A DNA stretch of 37,887 nt from a virus (Duplodnaviria > Caudoviricetes): positions 1-37,887 of the IMG/VR virus record IMGVR_UViG_3300048598_000596. One strand, written 5' to 3'. The translations under genes were made by a program, and so were the position numbers. Numbering within the stretch: the stretch's first letter is position 1; each line of letters starts with the position of its first letter. Below are positions 34,748 through 37,887 of this stretch, piece by piece. The notes under the pieces are model-generated. The model worked only from the letters and a program-made list of their open reading frames with translations, was not told where the DNA came from and did no database searches.

Positions 34748-36784
34748 TTAGAATCTGTCTTTAATATCTCGTTTAAATGATGTTTCAATAGGAATTAAAT
34801 CGTCATCGGGCTCTGCCAGTTCTTCTCCGGTTTCGAAATTTCGGTTCTCAGTAAGGCTTGCGGTATTTGGTCTCGATATTTTAAAGTTGTCGTTAAGTGT
34901 AACCTTGCGGTTGTCAATCACTATAACATTGTCAATCAGTTTCTTTTGTCGCGAGGCGTAGCCGTCTATTGTTGCTACATATTTACTCATCAGTTCGCGG
35001 GCTTTTGTGTCCTCGTCGGTCATTTCGATGCGGGCACGGGCGTAACTTGGTTTTGGCAAAGCCTCGCAAACAAGTTGGCTATTGATGTAAACCAGGGCCT
35101 TAATGATGCTTCCGTCGTTACCGTCGAGCCAGTAAACATCAACATTTTGCCCCTCAACCTTTTGCATTAAACCTATAAGCTTTTCGCCTGTATATATTTG
35201 GCCTTCGTCGCCAAGTAACCACTCACGGTTTTGTAGTTTAAGGATTCCGGCATGTACCGATGTTTGTGTTTTGTAGCCCAAATAAGGCAGAATGGCCTTG
35301 TAATTGGTTGGGCGCAGGTTGGGGTTTTGCCTTTCCATAAATACTTCCCAGCGTGTTTTATCTTTATGCACACTGTGCGGCATGTTGTTCCAAGTTTCAA
35401 TGTCTTTCAAACACATATCAACCAGCAAATCGTAAGGAACAAACGGAACCTTGTCGCTGCTTGCCTGATTGCTCTCGCTCATGGCAAACGGACGGGCAAT
35501 CCAGCCCTCGTGTTTCTTTTCAATACCGTAACGCAATTGTCTCCAATATGCCTCGCAACGTTTAGCGCGGGCGTTGTTTGCTTCAACGCGCACATACTGA
35601 AACATGCTGCCTTCTTTTAAAAAGGTGTCTGTAAATGAGCTATTCAAAGAACTTTCGCACTCAATTTCGGCAGGTAGATTTAAGCCCCATTCGGCATAAT
35701 TGCGAACCATTTGGCGGTAAAAATCCAGTATAATACCGTCTTTAGATTTACCGTAAACCCATGTGGTAAGGGCTTCGCTACCAAGGTCAACACCATTGTA
35801 AAACCAAATACGCGAACCTTTTGCATATTCAAACGGCGGCTGACGGTCATCGACCGAAATAATGCTTCCGGCAAATTGCGGTTGATCTAAGCTGTGAGCC
35901 GGACGGTATTTAGCCATCAAAGTTTGACGGTTGCCGCTACGTTTAGCCTCTGTGGCAATTGCATTTCCCCAATCTTTTAGATAATTATAAATAGTAGAGC
36001 GACTTAGCGCCTTAAATTCTGAAGGATTGTATATTTCTCCGGTCTTTTCGTTAATGAGCTCAACCGCTCCGGCCAAAAACGCTGCATATTGGTTCGAAAT
36101 GTCTTCGTAGTTGGGTTTAAATGACTGCGTACCAAACATATTGTTAAGCACAGCCAGCGTTTTATCGTTAAGTTTAGCCGGATTTTTATTGCCTTTGTTG
36201 GTATTTAACAGACCAATAAGGCCGCCTTCGGTGTAGCGCGCAAAACGTTCTTTAAACCGTCGCACTTCCGCTGGTAGCGTGTGCTCCACGCCCCAGCGTT
36301 TAAGTAGTATCGGATTAAAACTAATTGCGTCGTTACAAAGACTTTGCATAATATTTACTTCTCTTAATTTTCCGTTTTTGCTTAGTATTTCATGCTCGCG
36401 GGCGGCTTTCAGCTGTTCAATTGCCCGCCACATGCAACCATTGGTTATATAAGTTTCGAGCGTTTCTTTGCGTATATAATCGCCATCGTCGTATCGAAAT
36501 CCTGTATATAAATCAACTATCTCCTGGCTTCGTTCGTAGTATCTTAGCACCGGATGTTCACATTTTCTTGGGTCTCCGAGTTCCTCCTGTATTTTGCGCG
36601 GAAGCGAATCGAAATCAACTAGAAAATCATGTCCGTAACCGCCGTATTGAGCTCGCCTTACACCATAGCCTCTTTGCTCAGCTCTGAAAATTGCAAGTTT
36701 CAAAGCATTATAGGAGGGGTAAAAAGCGGGGATCAACTCCTCTTTGGTTACTACTATTATGTTATTTCTCCAGATGCTAGGCAT
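34748..36784 (-). CDS. MuA-like DDE transposase
   Basis: SVDDRQ, EIECESS, AKRCEAYW acidic triad, WNNMPH; 678 aa; first large early gene. Confidence 0.85.
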   Translation of the reverse strand: MPSIWRNNIIVVTKEELIPAFYPSYNALKLAIFRAEQRGYGVRRAQYGGYGHDFLVDFDSLPRKIQEELGDPRKCEHPVLRYYERSQEIVDLYTGFRYDDGDYIRKETLETYITNGCMWRAIEQLKAAREHEILSKNGKLREVNIMQSLCNDAISFNPILLKRWGVEHTLPAEVRRFKERFARYTEGGLIGLLNTNKGNKNPAKLNDKTLAVLNNMFGTQSFKPNYEDISNQYAAFLAGAVELINEKTGEIYNPSEFKALSRSTIYNYLKDWGNAIATEAKRSGNRQTLMAKYRPAHSLDQPQFAGSIISVDDRQPPFEYAKGSRIWFYNGVDLGSEALTTWVYGKSKDGIILDFYRQMVRNYAEWGLNLPAEIECESSLNSSFTDTFLKEGSMFQYVRVEANNARAKRCEAYWRQLRYGIEKKHEGWIARPFAMSESNQASSDKVPFVPYDLLVDMCLKDIETWNNMPHSVHKDKTRWEVFMERQNPNLRPTNYKAILPYLGYKTQTSVHAGILKLQNREWLLGDEGQIYTGEKLIGLMQKVEGQNVDVYWLDGNDGSIIKALVYINSQLVCEALPKPSYARARIEMTDEDTKARELMSKYVATIDGYASRQKKLIDNVIVIDNRKVTLNDNFKISRPNTASLTENRNFETGEELAEPDDDLIPIETSFKRDIKDRF

Positions 36785-36811
36785 TGTTCAGTGAGCTATT
36801 ATGGCTATTGC

Positions 36812-37033
36812 TTATTGATTGCTTAGAGCGTCGTCAATAAAATCTTTACACTTATTTAAAAGCGACTCACGCGCTTGCACCACACTTACAAGCGCATCCA
36901 TAACAGCTTTATATTTTTTTGAATTTGGCCGCCTTGAAATGACTGAAGCATTTCGGGGACTAATGCTGAGCATTGTTCCAACCGTTTTCCAGTCTCCGTC
37001 TTGTTTTTTTTTGATGGCTGTTAAATAATCCAT
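36812..37033 (-). CDS. Ner/Cro-like small DNA-binding protein
   Basis: GDWKTVGTMLSISPRNA HTH-like; divergent from repressor; start ATG 37033. Confidence 0.6.
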   Translation of the reverse strand: MDYLTAIKKKQDGDWKTVGTMLSISPRNASVISRRPNSKKYKAVMDALVSVVQARESLLNKCKDFIDDALSNQ

Positions 37034-37127
37034 AAAATGTGTACTTTTGTTTCCTTCGTGCAACAAAACTAATCCAAGCAAATTGGAATTACAAATAAAA
37101 TGGAATAATAATTACAATTAAAATGGA
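37029..37127. promoter_or_regulatory. Lysis/lysogeny switch: face-to-face promoters and operator-like repeats
   Basis: Plus TACTTTTG 37042-37049, minus TAGTTTTG 37071-37064; T(C/A)CAA-N5-(T/A)TGGA at 37073, 37090, 37113. Confidence 0.6.
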
Positions 37128-37887
37128 TTTTTCTGAAAGGATAAAGCAATATCGCAAAGAAAAAGGGCTCACCCAGAAAGAACTCGCCGATATTATTGGC
37201 GTGAAACACACCGCTTTATCTAATTGGGAGACCAACATTGCAAAACCTGATATTGATACAATTATTAAATTATCCAATTATTTTGGAATTTCAATTGACA
37301 ACTTGGTTTTAGGTGTAGAATCAAATAAAATAATAGCACAGAATATTATTCAGGAACAACAGGCGGATTACAACTTAGCACCTGACAATAAAAGCTATAT
37401 ACCCATCACTGATATAAATGCAGCCGCTGGCTCTGGCTGGTTTAATGGCGATAATATTACCACTATTGATAAAATTTGCTTACCGAACAATCTTCTTAGA
37501 GGTGGTACTTATTTAGCTGTAAGAATTAAAGGCGATAGTATGAGCCCGACGCTTCAAGATGGAGGTTTTTTAATTATTCGACTATTAGATAGAACAGAAT
37601 GGGCACACATGCCAAACGAGCATGTTTATGTTGTTTCAGACCGCGAGGGTAAAACATTTGCAAAAAGGCTAAAAAATAGATATCAGAAGGGTTTCTATGT
37701 TTTAATGTCCGACAACCCAGATAAGGCTTCTTATCCAAATTTCAACTTCCAACTTGAGGATATAAATAGTATTTGGCACGCCGAATGGTATCTCAGTGCA
37801 CGTATGCCAAATATTCACGATCAATATTATTCCAGACTTCAACGACTTGAGGATATAATAGAGGATATTCAACGAAAAATAACATAA
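37123..37887 (+). CDS. CI-like repressor (XRE HTH plus S24 peptidase)
   Basis: LTQKELADIIGV...LSNWE HTH; AAAG cleavage site, IKGDSMSP Ser, AKRL Lys. Confidence 0.93.
   Translation: MDFSERIKQYRKEKGLTQKELADIIGVKHTALSNWETNIAKPDIDTIIKLSNYFGISIDNLVLGVESNKIIAQNIIQEQQADYNLAPDNKSYIPITDINAAAGSGWFNGDNITTIDKICLPNNLLRGGTYLAVRIKGDSMSPTLQDGGFLIIRLLDRTEWAHMPNEHVYVVSDREGKTFAKRLKNRYQKGFYVLMSDNPDKASYPNFNFQLEDINSIWHAEWYLSARMPNIHDQYYSRLQRLEDIIEDIQRKIT

Larger units (their letters stand above)
2150..37887. mobile_element. Mu-like transposable prophage (myovirus morphology), one end near 2150, other end beyond the window
   Basis: DDE transposase + MuB-like ATPase + GemA-like + DUF935 portal + MuF + gp36/gp31-like genes + sheath/baseplate; no tyrosine or serine integrase; left boundary approximate. 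Confidence 0.93.

Noticed and set aside
681-36826. Numerous 60-180 aa ORFs antisense to or nested in assigned genes (e.g. 7963-8352, 9332-9757, 15126-15605, 31122-31661)
   Set aside because: They overlap well-supported genes and lack recognisable motifs or expression signals
37089-37277. 62-aa ORF antisense to the repressor
   Set aside because: Typical shadow ORF of an XRE HTH coding sequence

Overview
Bases 1 to about 2050 are host DNA from a Bacteroidota-type genome (TAnnTTTG promoters): a ytr-like operon of ABC ATPase, membrane protein and GntR regulator. From about 2150 to the window end lies a nearly complete Mu-like transposable prophage with a contractile tail. In order it carries a terminal adenine methyltransferase, tail fibre/baseplate/tape measure/tube/sheath genes, a lysis cassette, capsid and Clp-type protease (minus strand), a divergent plus-strand packaging operon (terminase, portal, MuF, head-tail proteins), a minus-strand early operon (DDE transposase, two ATPases, GemA-like, DUF3164, a sigma-70 paralog) and a CI-like repressor. 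The far prophage end lies outside the window. The most notable candidate system is at 22071-24730. The portal gene ends in a T-TTT-TTC slippery site plus hairpin whose -1 frame runs open into a MuF protein bearing a C-terminal PD-(D/E)xK CdiA-like putative tRNase. No immunity protein follows. Instead a convergent promoter would make a ~80-nt RNA folding as a tRNA acceptor-stem minihelix ending in C-CCA, a candidate RNA decoy antitoxin. Several other structured RNA or regulatory elements and a second (tail chaperone) frameshift are also visible. All family assignments are from motif recognition by eye, not database searches.
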